Virus record (IMG/VR): IMGVR_UViG_3300044730_001993
Coordinates: 23,861 to 87,860 of that record
Direction: 5' to 3' (one strand)
Source: a virus
Length of the DNA stretch: 64,000 bases
Under the pieces are notes generated by a model. It was not told the origin of the DNA, did not search any database, and was given only the letters and a program-made list of their open reading frames with translations. Shown one piece after another: positions 8,384 through 16,672 of the stretch (positions are counted from its first letter, which is position 1; every line of letters starts with the position of its first letter). The position numbers and the translations under genes were made by a program.

Positions 8384-10354
8384 TCACTTCGGGTCGGTCA
8401 CGAGCGATGCGGCGTTCGGGTCGGTGTTCGGGTCGCCCTTCGCGCGAGCAATGGCCTCGGCGACCTTCTTCGCCTTCTCCGCGGCCTTCTTGCGGGCATC
8501 CTCGACGGCCCCGTAGAGCGAGGCGACGCCCTTGATGGCGTCCTTCTCGCGCTTGTTCAGCGACGCCCACCCGATGCTCGCGAGCTTCATGCACGCGAGG
8601 GCCAACGTCTCGTGCTGGTTCCCCTTGTTGTTGAGACCCTCACCGTACGCGGTGGCGAACCGTGCGCCGAGGGGCTTCTCGGCGAACTGCACGGGGACGC
8701 GGGGCGTGCCGCTGCCGGTCACCGCGTCGGGCGACTCGCGCTCGGTGCGCTCGCCGTTGCCGCCGCCCGAACGTTCGCCGCCGCCCTCGTCGTCGCGATC
8801 GTCGACCGTCGAGTTCGACACGTACTCCGCGGAGGCGCGGCGGGTCGCGATCGCGTCGCGAACGCTCGTGGCGCCCGCGGCGATCATCTCGGCGACGATG
8901 CGGCTCACCTCGTCGGGCGAGGCGCCGTTGCGGCACACTTGCAGGACGGCGTTGATCGAAATCGCGTCGCTGAACACCGCGTCGATCACGTCGGCGTTCT
9001 GCATCGAGAGGCGTTGCCACGAGCGCACCACGTTCTCGGTCCGGTTGACGTGGCGAGCGATCTCGCCGTACGGAGGCGCGGGCGCCTTCGCGTCGTTGCG
9101 GTGGGCCTTCGCCCACTCGCCGATGCGGTGCATCGCCATCGTGTAGAGCCCGCGCTCGCCGATCACCTTGCGCCCGGTGTTTTCGAGCATCACCTCGGCG
9201 GTGTACTCGTCGGCGTTCGCGGTGCCACGCCCGCCGCTCATCACCCTGAAGTCGGGGCGCCAGTTGGCGCCGAGCGTCTCACGGCGCTCCGCGACCACCG
9301 CGCGGAGGGCCTTCACATCGCGGGTGCCCGCGAGGCACTCCCACACGATCGCCCACCACACGAGGCGCGAGCGCCCGACCTTCGTGTAGACGTTCGTGTC
9401 GCCCTTGATCTGAACCACCTTGGGCTCGGTCTGCTGCCCGTCGATGAGCACCGAGAGCAGCATGTTCAGGTGATGCGCGGCGCGGTAGTGACCGCTCGCG
9501 ATGAAACCGTCGGTGTCGGCGTAGAGCGCACGGAGCTCCGAGGCGTCGGACGCGTCGGGGTCGACGAGTCCGCGGGTCGCGTCCGTCGGGGCGACGAACA
9601 GCCCGCCCTCGACGCCTTCCGCGACGATCTTGATGTCCTTCGTAGGGTCCGCGAGGGCCGGAACGCCCTTCGCCACGTTGCCGATGTTGCATGCCTGCTT
9701 CGTGATATCCATGTCGTCTTCTCCTGCCCCTTCATACGCTCCCGCCGTCGGGATTCTTTCATCGACGTGACCGTTTTCTTCTCCGCGCATCACTTCGGCG
9801 TACGCGCGCCTCGCGTGAAACAGTCGCGACATCACCGTGCCCTTCGGGATGCCTTGCTCCGCAGCGATCGCGGTGTACGCCTTGCCGTTCGCCCGCGCGA
9901 TCAGCACGTCACGGTGGGCGGGCGAGAGCGTGTGGATCGCCTCGACGACGCGGGCCTCGTGCTCGCGATCCTGCGCGACGGCGCACGGGTCCGTTTCGTC
10001 CGCGGTCGTGGGCAACTGCGAGTCGTCGCAGTCGTCGATAGAAACCGCGAGAGACGCTTTACGATTGCGGCGGTGGTGGTCGATCGCGAGGTTCGCGACG
10101 ATGCGATAGAGCCACGTCGCGAACGATGCACGACCGTCGAACTCGTCGAGGTGACGCCACACGCGGAGAAACGATTCCTGCACGATATCGTGCGTCGCTT
10201 CGGCGTCGCGGCACGCCCCGAACGCCATCGCGCGGGCGCGCGGCGTATGCCTCCTCACCAGTTCCGTGAACGCGGCGCGGTCGCCCGAACGGGCGCGATC
10301 CACGAGTTCACGGTCGTACAACGCCCCCTGCGCAGACTCGGAAACAGCACCCAT
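8384..10354 (-). CDS. ECF RNA polymerase sigma factor fused in frame to a ParB-like/HTH protein (internal start 9712)
   Basis: sigma2 DIVQESFLRVW/FATWLYRIVANLAIDH and sigma4 GIPKGTVMSRLFHAR; then DGQQTEP...VGRSRL...ENTGR and HTH YGEIARHVNRTENVV. Confidence 0.75.
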   Translation of the reverse strand: MGAVSESAQGALYDRELVDRARSGDRAAFTELVRRHTPRARAMAFGACRDAEATHDIVQESFLRVWRHLDEFDGRASFATWLYRIVANLAIDHHRRNRKASLAVSIDDCDDSQLPTTADETDPCAVAQDREHEARVVEAIHTLSPAHRDVLIARANGKAYTAIAAEQGIPKGTVMSRLFHARRAYAEVMRGEENGHVDERIPTAGAYEGAGEDDMDITKQACNIGNVAKGVPALADPTKDIKIVAEGVEGGLFVAPTDATRGLVDPDASDASELRALYADTDGFIASGHYRAAHHLNMLLSVLIDGQQTEPKVVQIKGDTNVYTKVGRSRLVWWAIVWECLAGTRDVKALRAVVAERRETLGANWRPDFRVMSGGRGTANADEYTAEVMLENTGRKVIGERGLYTMAMHRIGEWAKAHRNDAKAPAPPYGEIARHVNRTENVVRSWQRLSMQNADVIDAVFSDAISINAVLQVCRNGASPDEVSRIVAEMIAAGATSVRDAIATRRASAEYVSNSTVDDRDDEGGGERSGGGNGERTERESPDAVTGSGTPRVPVQFAEKPLGARFATAYGEGLNNKGNQHETLALACMKLASIGWASLNKREKDAIKGVASLYGAVEDARKKAAEKAKKVAEAIARAKGDPNTDPNAASLVTDPK

Positions 10355-10439
10355 GCGCCGCTTGTCGCACGCATCGTAATACAACGCAACAAAAAGCGTG
10401 ACGTTGACGCGAGCGCCAAACGTAGGCACAATCGCCCGT

Positions 10440-10646
10440 ATGTCGAAGAAGGTGAAGAAGCCCGCGGTGGCGGTGGTCGAGAGCGAGCGGCCGACGGTGG
10501 CGTTGAACCTGCGGATCACGCCGTCGCTCTCGCGTCGCCTCGACTGCGAGGTGAAGCGTGTGCTAGCGGAGCGTCCGGGTGCGGTGATTTCGAGGTCGGA
10601 TGCGGTGCGGGAGGCGCTCGCGCGGGTATTGCCCGCGGAGGCGTAG
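10440..10646 (+). CDS. ribbon-helix-helix (CopG/Arc-like) regulator
   Basis: VALNLRITPSLSRRLD...SRSDAVREAL; divergent from the sigma gene. Confidence 0.7.
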   Translation: MSKKVKKPAVAVVESERPTVALNLRITPSLSRRLDCEVKRVLAERPGAVISRSDAVREALARVLPAEA

Positions 10647-10651
10647 GCGGA

Positions 10652-10927
10652 CTACTGCGCGGCGGCGGGCTGCACGGGCGCGGGCACGGCGTTGCGCGTG
10701 ATCTTGCCCGTCGCGAGGTCGAGGCGGTCGGCTTCGGTGAGGGCGTACTTGTGCCCGAGCATCGCGTTGATGCTCTGCTGGTGCTGCGACGCGGCGTCGG
10801 CCTCGACCTTCGCTGCGGCAAGCGCGTGCGATGCGGCGAGGGCGCGGTAGTGCGCCTCGCCGAACAGCGCACGGTCGTTCGGCGAGAGGGTGTCGGGGGG
10901 AGTGGGAACGTTCGGTTGATCGGACAT
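10652..10927 (-). CDS. small coiled-coil protein, possible fibre assembly chaperone
   Basis: GGAGG RBS; lies downstream of a virion-like gene. Confidence 0.5.
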   Translation of the reverse strand: MSDQPNVPTPPDTLSPNDRALFGEAHYRALAASHALAAAKVEADAASQHQQSINAMLGHKYALTEADRLDLATGKITRNAVPAPVQPAAAQ

Positions 10928-10979
10928 GAATACCTCCGCGCCGTTGTACGCCGCGGCGCGGAGGTTATTCAAGCGGCGA

Positions 10980-12494
10980 TCACGCGGCGGGGTTGATGAC
11001 GAGGAACGCGATCGCGTAGTTCGTCGCGCCGGGGGCGCCGGAGAGTTCGATCGTGATCGTGTCCAGCGTGGGCACCGCCCGACGGATGTTCACGGAGTTC
11101 GACGTTGCGGTCTGCATGTTCACGAAGATGAGCGACGACGTGGTGACGAGGGTGTTCGAGATCGTGAGCGTGGTCGCTGCATCATCGGTGAATGTCACCA
11201 CGCCGCTCGTCGCGTTCAGCGTCGCGCTGGTTACGCCCGTCGCGGTGCTGCTCCATGCGACGATGCCCGAGAGCGCGCCCGAACCGACTCGCTCGACACC
11301 GAGTACCGTGAGGGTGTCACCGGAGTCACGGAGCATCGTGCGCCCCGCTCCGCGAGGGCGCAGGGAGAGCGATACGTCAGCGCTGCCGGTCGCCGCGGCG
11401 TAAGGCGCGATCGACACGCCGCTCGTGACCGCTGCGGCGTTCGTGGCGGGGAGCACTTCGAGGCCGTTGAGGAGCGCCGCCGCCGCCGAAGGCGCTCGCG
11501 TGCGGATGCCGACCGACGCGAGGGTGCCCGCGAACGCGGGCACGATATCGACGCGCCCCTGCTCCGCACCGGGCGTCGCGACGGCCATGCCGCCCGAGAC
11601 CTTGCCCATCGCCACGGGCGCCCCACCAGCGGGGAGTTCGACCTGAAACGCGATGGCAGTTCCGAAACCCGCCGCCGTCGTGCCCGACGACAGATGATTC
11701 AGGACCAGCACGTTCGTGTCCGTGTTCGTCTCCGCGTCGGTGCCGATGTACCCGAAACCGTCGGTCTGCATCCGCGCGGCGAGCACGCCACCGAGCGAGA
11801 ACGCGATCGTCGTGGCGTCGAAACGGTACGCTCCCGTTCCGGGTGACGCGGCGAACGACCACGACGGCTGCGCGTCGGTGCCGTTCTGCGCGTAGATGCT
11901 CGCGGAGAACGTCGGCGTCGCGCCGAGGATCACTTCGGTCGCCGACTTCGCGACGCCGATCTTCTGCACCACGGCGCCCGCGGTCGTCGGAGCGGTCGTC
12001 GTGGCCGTGCCCGCGGTCTCCGAGAGGTACACCGTCGCGCCGGGGGTGAACGCCCCGCCGCCAGTGATCGTGGCGCACTCGCCGAACTCGCGGACGACGC
12101 ACGTCAGGGTGTCGATCACGTCGACCACGACGCCGAACGCGGGGAGCGTACCGTCGGAGGCGTCGGCGAGCACGACCGAGTTCGGGTTGATGCCCTTCGC
12201 GACGAGGTTTCCGACCGCGACGAGACTCGCCGTGTTCGAGAAGATCCCATCCACGCCGTCGACACCGCCCGACCCCGAGGAGAGCAGGACGATGCGGTTG
12301 CCCGAGAGGTACGTGCCGGTCGACCCCTTGTAGTAGAGGGCGTCGTTTTCGTCGACGAAGACGAGCGTGCCGCGGAGCATCTGGTTGAACTGCGCGATGA
12401 GGGCGGCGCTGGCGCCTTCCTTGCCGGGAACTTGCGCCTCCGTGTCGACGTAGACGTTGAATGGGGATTGCGGACGCATTGAGGGGAGTGCCAT
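10980..12494 (-). CDS. virion structural protein (fibre/decoration-like)
   Basis: G/A/T-rich beta composition; LADA...GATVYLSETAGTATTTAP...VQKIGVA segment typical of phage decoration/fibre proteins. Confidence 0.65.
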   Translation of the reverse strand: MALPSMRPQSPFNVYVDTEAQVPGKEGASAALIAQFNQMLRGTLVFVDENDALYYKGSTGTYLSGNRIVLLSSGSGGVDGVDGIFSNTASLVAVGNLVAKGINPNSVVLADASDGTLPAFGVVVDVIDTLTCVVREFGECATITGGGAFTPGATVYLSETAGTATTTAPTTAGAVVQKIGVAKSATEVILGATPTFSASIYAQNGTDAQPSWSFAASPGTGAYRFDATTIAFSLGGVLAARMQTDGFGYIGTDAETNTDTNVLVLNHLSSGTTAAGFGTAIAFQVELPAGGAPVAMGKVSGGMAVATPGAEQGRVDIVPAFAGTLASVGIRTRAPSAAAALLNGLEVLPATNAAAVTSGVSIAPYAAATGSADVSLSLRPRGAGRTMLRDSGDTLTVLGVERVGSGALSGIVAWSSTATGVTSATLNATSGVVTFTDDAATTLTISNTLVTTSSLIFVNMQTATSNSVNIRRAVPTLDTITIELSGAPGATNYAIAFLVINPAA

Positions 12495-12572
12495 ACGCGC
12501 GACGATACACCGCGAATTTGGCAAACGTCAACGTGCAACCGTGCTTGTACGGTCGCGGCGACGCTGTTCTTC

Positions 12573-12794
12573 TCAGCCGCGCGTCGATTTCTTCGGCGGG
12601 TTCAGAAGTGCGGGCGGCACCATCCCGAGCGCCGACTTCGCGCGCTCGACGGCGTCACGCATTGAGCCGACGAAAACCTGCCCCGCGTCGAGCACGGTTT
12701 CGGCGGTGGCGACGTGATGTTCGACCTCGCGGATCGCGTTGGGGATCGCCTTGCGGGCACGATCGACGGTGCGCATGAGTTGCTTCGGGTTCAT
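12573..12794 (-). CDS. hypothetical protein
   Basis: TACTAT box 7 nt before ATG. Confidence 0.55.
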   Translation of the reverse strand: MNPKQLMRTVDRARKAIPNAIREVEHHVATAETVLDAGQVFVGSMRDAVERAKSALGMVPPALLNPPKKSTRG

Positions 12795-12833
12795 GCGAGC
12801 GATAGTACGCACCGCGACGGCGCGAGGCAACCG

Positions 12834-13598
12834 CTAGGCCAGCGCCTTGCGGTACTTCAACACCATGCGCGCGGCGGCATCTGGGGTGAGCGCGGGCAAC
12901 TTGCGCCCGTCGAGCACCGGCCACACGCGAGCGATCTTGCTCAGACGATTGCCGATGTACGGGCCATCGGGGCGGTCGAATCCTACCTCCGCCGTCTGGT
13001 GGTACGAGTCCGCGTCGGTGAAACGTACGCCGTAGGCCACGTTGTGCAACTCGACGACGAAACTCGTGGCGCCGTAACGTTTTCGGTTGCGCTCGCGGAC
13101 CTTCGCCGTCTCGGCTTCGACCTTGCGCAACCACGGGCGCTGCATCTTGTCGTACGCCGCCGACGCGCTCTTGATCGCACGTTCGAGGCGTTCCACGGCG
13201 TCGCGAACGGCCTTCGGGTGCGACCACGGGGTGTAATCGTGCGGGTCGATGCCGTGGCGGTCGTACAGCGCCTTGAGCGCGGTGTGGGCCTCCCGTTCCT
13301 GCGCATCGAGGTCGCGGAGCATCGCGCGGGCGGCGTCGTACTTCGGGTCCGTGCTCACCGCCCGCAGCGTGTCTTCGCCCTGCGAGAGCACGTCTTCGAC
13401 GCTGGTCTCGCCGAAAAACACCATATCGCGCCCGTCGCCGGAAAACGTGTTGCCGCGCCCCGTGATGCGCCCCGTCGCGAAAATGTCCGCGAGTTCGTCG
13501 GGCGACACGCTGCGGTACAGGACGGGCGACACGCCGTCGATGTTCTCGACGCCGTTGCGCGTGTACGGGCGGCGACGTTTGCGGGGCGAACGCTTCAC
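12834..13598 (-). CDS. tagged protein, possible ADP-ribosyltransferase-like fold
   Basis: GTG start VKRSPRKRRRPYTRNG; LYRSVSPDELADIFATG resembles ART-type toxin N-termini. Confidence 0.45.
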   Translation of the reverse strand: MKRSPRKRRRPYTRNGVENIDGVSPVLYRSVSPDELADIFATGRITGRGNTFSGDGRDMVFFGETSVEDVLSQGEDTLRAVSTDPKYDAARAMLRDLDAQEREAHTALKALYDRHGIDPHDYTPWSHPKAVRDAVERLERAIKSASAAYDKMQRPWLRKVEAETAKVRERNRKRYGATSFVVELHNVAYGVRFTDADSYHQTAEVGFDRPDGPYIGNRLSKIARVWPVLDGRKLPALTPDAAARMVLKYRKALA

Positions 13599-13822
13599 GC
13601 GATCCTCGGCCTCGGAGCGCGGGCGATGCCCTGCGCGTACGCCTCGCGGGCGCGCTTGTCGGAGTCGGCGCCAGACAGGATGTACCCCAGACCGAACCCT
13701 GCGGCGATGCCGAGCACGGTGACGATCCCCGGAACGCCGCGCGTCGGGCACGGGACGGGGTCGCCAGCGGCGGGGATCGTGCGAGGGGCGTACGTGAAGA
13801 GGAGGGCAGCGTTCGCGTTCAC
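13595..13822 (-). CDS. small membrane protein
   Basis: TM IVTVLGIAAGFGLGYIL; TATCGT box 6 nt before GTG. Confidence 0.55.
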   Translation of the reverse strand: MNANAALLFTYAPRTIPAAGDPVPCPTRGVPGIVTVLGIAAGFGLGYILSGADSDKRAREAYAQGIARAPRPRIA

Positions 13823-14083
13823 GGCGTCACGATACACGGGTCGCGGCGGCGTGTCACGCGTCGGGCGCGAGTCCGTACGTGCGGAGCCTCGCCACGCTGC
13901 GCAGGCGCCAGTTCTGCGAGTCCGAACGCACGGCACGGAGGTAGCGACGGAGCGCCCGGTTCGCCTCGACGACGGCCCGCTGCGCCTCCTCGGTGGGCGC
14001 GTCGGGCTCGCGTCGGCGTCGCTTCTGGAGTCGGCGGCGTAGGGCGTTCACGCCATATTCTACGACGCGAGGCGCGAGAATCT

Positions 14084-14695
14084 TTACCGGCGCGAACCGA
14101 AAACCACCGCGAGGGCTGCGGCGAGGGCGACGCCACCGACGACGTACGCCACCGTGTTCCCCGTCGCTTCGGGCGCAGCGGACCACGCCGCGAGGGCGGA
14201 GCGGACGCGAGCACGCATCACGTCGGCGGGCCACGTTCTCGCATCCGGGGAAAGCTCAAAATGGACGTGATCGCGGTGGTCCTGGCTCCCGGTGTACCGA
14301 TCCCACCGCGGGCCGTTGCGCGAAGCGGACCACTCGTACATCGACCACAGAACGTACTGGATGCCGAGGTACTCCGCGTTGCGCACGAGAAAATTCGCGA
14401 GCGCGTCGCCGTTCGCGGGGCGGTTCGCGTTGTTGACGACCATCGCGTCAATGGCGTTGCCCTCCAAATGCGCGTCGTGACCGCCGTTCCGACGATCGGA
14501 CGGACGAACCATCCCACCCGACGAAATACCGGGCCACGCGCGAACGATTTCTTCTTTGAGCGCCACGAGCGCGGGCGTCGGTGACCATTGCTCACCGGGC
14601 GGGACGTTGACCGCGAAGCGATACGGGACTTGCGCCCGCTCGCCCGCTGCTCGGGTAGCGGCGTCGGGAACCCATACGTGCGTGGATGCGCTCAC
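14084..14695 (-). CDS. M15/DD-peptidase-fold cell-wall peptidase with C-terminal membrane anchor
   Basis: H-x6-D (HLEGNAID) and DHVH zinc motifs; C-terminal TM YVVGGVALAAALAVVF. Confidence 0.7.
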   Translation of the reverse strand: MSASTHVWVPDAATRAAGERAQVPYRFAVNVPPGEQWSPTPALVALKEEIVRAWPGISSGGMVRPSDRRNGGHDAHLEGNAIDAMVVNNANRPANGDALANFLVRNAEYLGIQYVLWSMYEWSASRNGPRWDRYTGSQDHRDHVHFELSPDARTWPADVMRARVRSALAAWSAAPEATGNTVAYVVGGVALAAALAVVFGSRR

Positions 14696-14727
14696 GCGCC
14701 GACGATACACGGAACGTTCGCGGGAGG

Positions 14728-15033
14728 CTACGCCCGAACGTACCGCATGAGTTCCGTCGCCCGCCCGTCGCGATGCTCGACGAGGCGCACGCCGTCGAAC
14801 AACCGCCACAACGGCGTCGTCGTGTACCCGAACACAACGTACTCGCGGTTGTCGAGCACCTCGACGTAGCGTCGAAACAGCCCGTACACGAGCGCGCGAA
14901 AGGCATCCTCGCCAGTGTAGAACCGATACTCTAAGTGCTCGGCGTCGCCGCTAAATCGGTATCGGTTGTAGCCGCTGCGCTCCAGCACCCAACAGTTGCC
15001 GCCCGCGTGGTGGAACTCCAGCGAGAAGCGCAT
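14728..15033 (-). CDS. hypothetical protein
   Basis: aromatic-rich ORF MRFSLEFHH... Confidence 0.55.
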   Translation of the reverse strand: MRFSLEFHHAGGNCWVLERSGYNRYRFSGDAEHLEYRFYTGEDAFRALVYGLFRRYVEVLDNREYVVFGYTTTPLWRLFDGVRLVEHRDGRATELMRYVRA

Positions 15034-15059
15034 CCACTTCGGGTGTCTCCCGGTGCGCC

Positions 15060-15278
15060 TCACTTCCCCTCCGCGAACTTGCGGAGTTGCTCCGCGGCGT
15101 CGTCGTACTGGCCGTTCTGCATCGCTTGAAGAATCTGCGCGATGCGCGTGAACGGCACGGCGGCGCGGGCACCGTACACCATCTGCGCGCTCGACTGCGC
15201 GCTGCACGCCGCAACGTGCAGCATGTGCAGCGTCGTGTTCAGGAACTCACTGCACGGCATTGCCTTCTCGGTGCTCAC
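15060..15278 (-). CDS. hypothetical protein
   Basis: GTGA overlap with the upstream gene. Confidence 0.5.
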   Translation of the reverse strand: MSTEKAMPCSEFLNTTLHMLHVAACSAQSSAQMVYGARAAVPFTRIAQILQAMQNGQYDDAAEQLRKFAEGK

Positions 15279-15703
15279 TTCTCGCCTCCCTGCGTCGCCT
15301 TCAACCGCTCCGCCGCCAGCATGGCGACCTCCTGCTTCGCATCGACGATGCGCGCGAGTCGCGCCGTCTCCTCGTCGTACAGCCGCGCCGCCTCGCGCAT
15401 CGCTTCGCCGCGGCCCAACTTGTGAGCGTGGCGGTTCGTGCGCGCGACGGACAACGCGGCGAGCGCGGCGACGTACTGCGTCTCGGCGTCGGCGGTGCTC
15501 ACCTCGACGTGCGAGAGCGAAACGCTCCCGACGCAGCCGACGATCCACACGGAGACGTGGCCCGACATCACCGCGGCGGGCGCGCGTGTCGGCGCCTCGC
15601 CCGTCGGAGCGCCCTCGCGCGGCCCGTTCCAGTACCGAACGACGGTGCCGACGGGGTGCGCCGCGTTCCATGCGTCGGCGGCGCGTGTCTCCGCGGCGCT
15701 CAC
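15275..15703 (-). CDS. conserved phage hypothetical protein
   Basis: WNAAHPVGTVVRY...TRAPA.VMSGH...GSVSLSHV pattern. Confidence 0.65.
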   Translation of the reverse strand: MSAAETRAADAWNAAHPVGTVVRYWNGPREGAPTGEAPTRAPAAVMSGHVSVWIVGCVGSVSLSHVEVSTADAETQYVAALAALSVARTNRHAHKLGRGEAMREAARLYDEETARLARIVDAKQEVAMLAAERLKATQGGEK

Positions 15704-16149
15704 GCCACCACCGCGTCGTCGCGCGTGACGGTGAGCGCGCGGTCGTTGAGCCCCGCCCTCGACGCGAGGCCACGCGAGGCGTCACGGAGCGACTCGGCGT
15801 CGCTCGCGAGTGACTCGATCTCCGAAGAGTCGAGCACGGCGCCGGGTGCGATCGCCACGTTCACCTTCTCAGCGGTGTACATCCGCGAGCCGCGATCTTC
15901 GTCGACCTCGCACAGTTCGCACACGATCGTAACGCTCTCGACGCACGGGAACGCCGCGAGGATCGCGCGCGCCGCCTCGGTGAGATTGTCGAGCGCCTCG
16001 CGCTCCTGCGCCTGAGCGTGCGAGAGTTCGATGCGCGCGAGCATCGCTTCGGCGGCGGCGTCCTGTTCGGGCGTGGGTTCGTCGGAAGCGTACTCGTCGC
16101 CGCCGAAGCTATCGGGGCCGATCGCGTCGTCGTAGCGGGTGGGGTTCAT
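15700..16149 (-). CDS. hypothetical acidic protein
   Basis: ATG after the promoter motif at 16158-16181. Confidence 0.65.
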   Translation of the reverse strand: MNPTRYDDAIGPDSFGGDEYASDEPTPEQDAAAEAMLARIELSHAQAQEREALDNLTEAARAILAAFPCVESVTIVCELCEVDEDRGSRMYTAEKVNVAIAPGAVLDSSEIESLASDAESLRDASRGLASRAGLNDRALTVTRDDAVVA

Positions 16150-16211
16150 GCCCCTAGTACGACGGGCGGTCGCGGTTTCTTTACGACCGCCCGCCGATTT
16201 CGGGAGCGCGA

Positions 16212-16325
16212 TCAGCGCGAGGCGGCGGGGGCTTCGATGCCCCAGCCCACGGCGGCGGTCGAGGCGGGGGACTCGGTGCCCCATCCGAAGGCCAGCGCGA
16301 GGGAGAGTAGGATCGTGGTGAACAT
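16212..16325 (-). CDS. 37-aa secreted-type peptide with an internal GWGxExPA repeat
   Basis: AAGGAG RBS; MFTTILLSLALA-FGWGTESPASTAAVGWGIEAPAASR. Confidence 0.55.
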   Translation of the reverse strand: MFTTILLSLALAFGWGTESPASTAAVGWGIEAPAASR

Positions 16326-16409
16326 CGTGATGGCTCCTTGCGTGGTCGCCGACGTGGCGACGCACCGGGGGCACCCTACTCACGCAGCGGGGGCCAGCGC
16401 AAGGGGAAA

Positions 16410-16664
16410 CTACACATCGCGCAGCGATACCCCGATGTACCTCGCCACGGCACGCCGAACGTCCTCTCGCAGTTCGTCGATCGTCTCGCCGTCCCGCGCG
16501 GGGCTCGCAATGTACTCGGCGCACGCACGCAGCGACTCGTCGCGCGTTTGCGCGGGCAGGCTCATCCAGTCGGTCGGAGGCGGAAGTCCAATCGCAGAGG
16601 CGATATGGCAGTCGACGCCGACCATTGCCTTCGCAGCCATTTCGGCGATGTCATTCTCGTTCAT
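16410..16664 (-). CDS. hypothetical protein
   Basis: AGAGGA RBS, MNENDIAEM... Confidence 0.6.
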   Translation of the reverse strand: MNENDIAEMAAKAMVGVDCHIASAIGLPPPTDWMSLPAQTRDESLRACAEYIASPARDGETIDELREDVRRAVARYIGVSLRDV

Positions 16665-16672
16665 TTTTCCTC

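Noticed and set aside
8324-10996. 890-aa plus-strand ORF and similar long ORFs (34100-36049, 20997-23033, 37715-39565)
   Set aside because: Antisense shadows of real minus-strand genes in high-GC DNA, with no motifs
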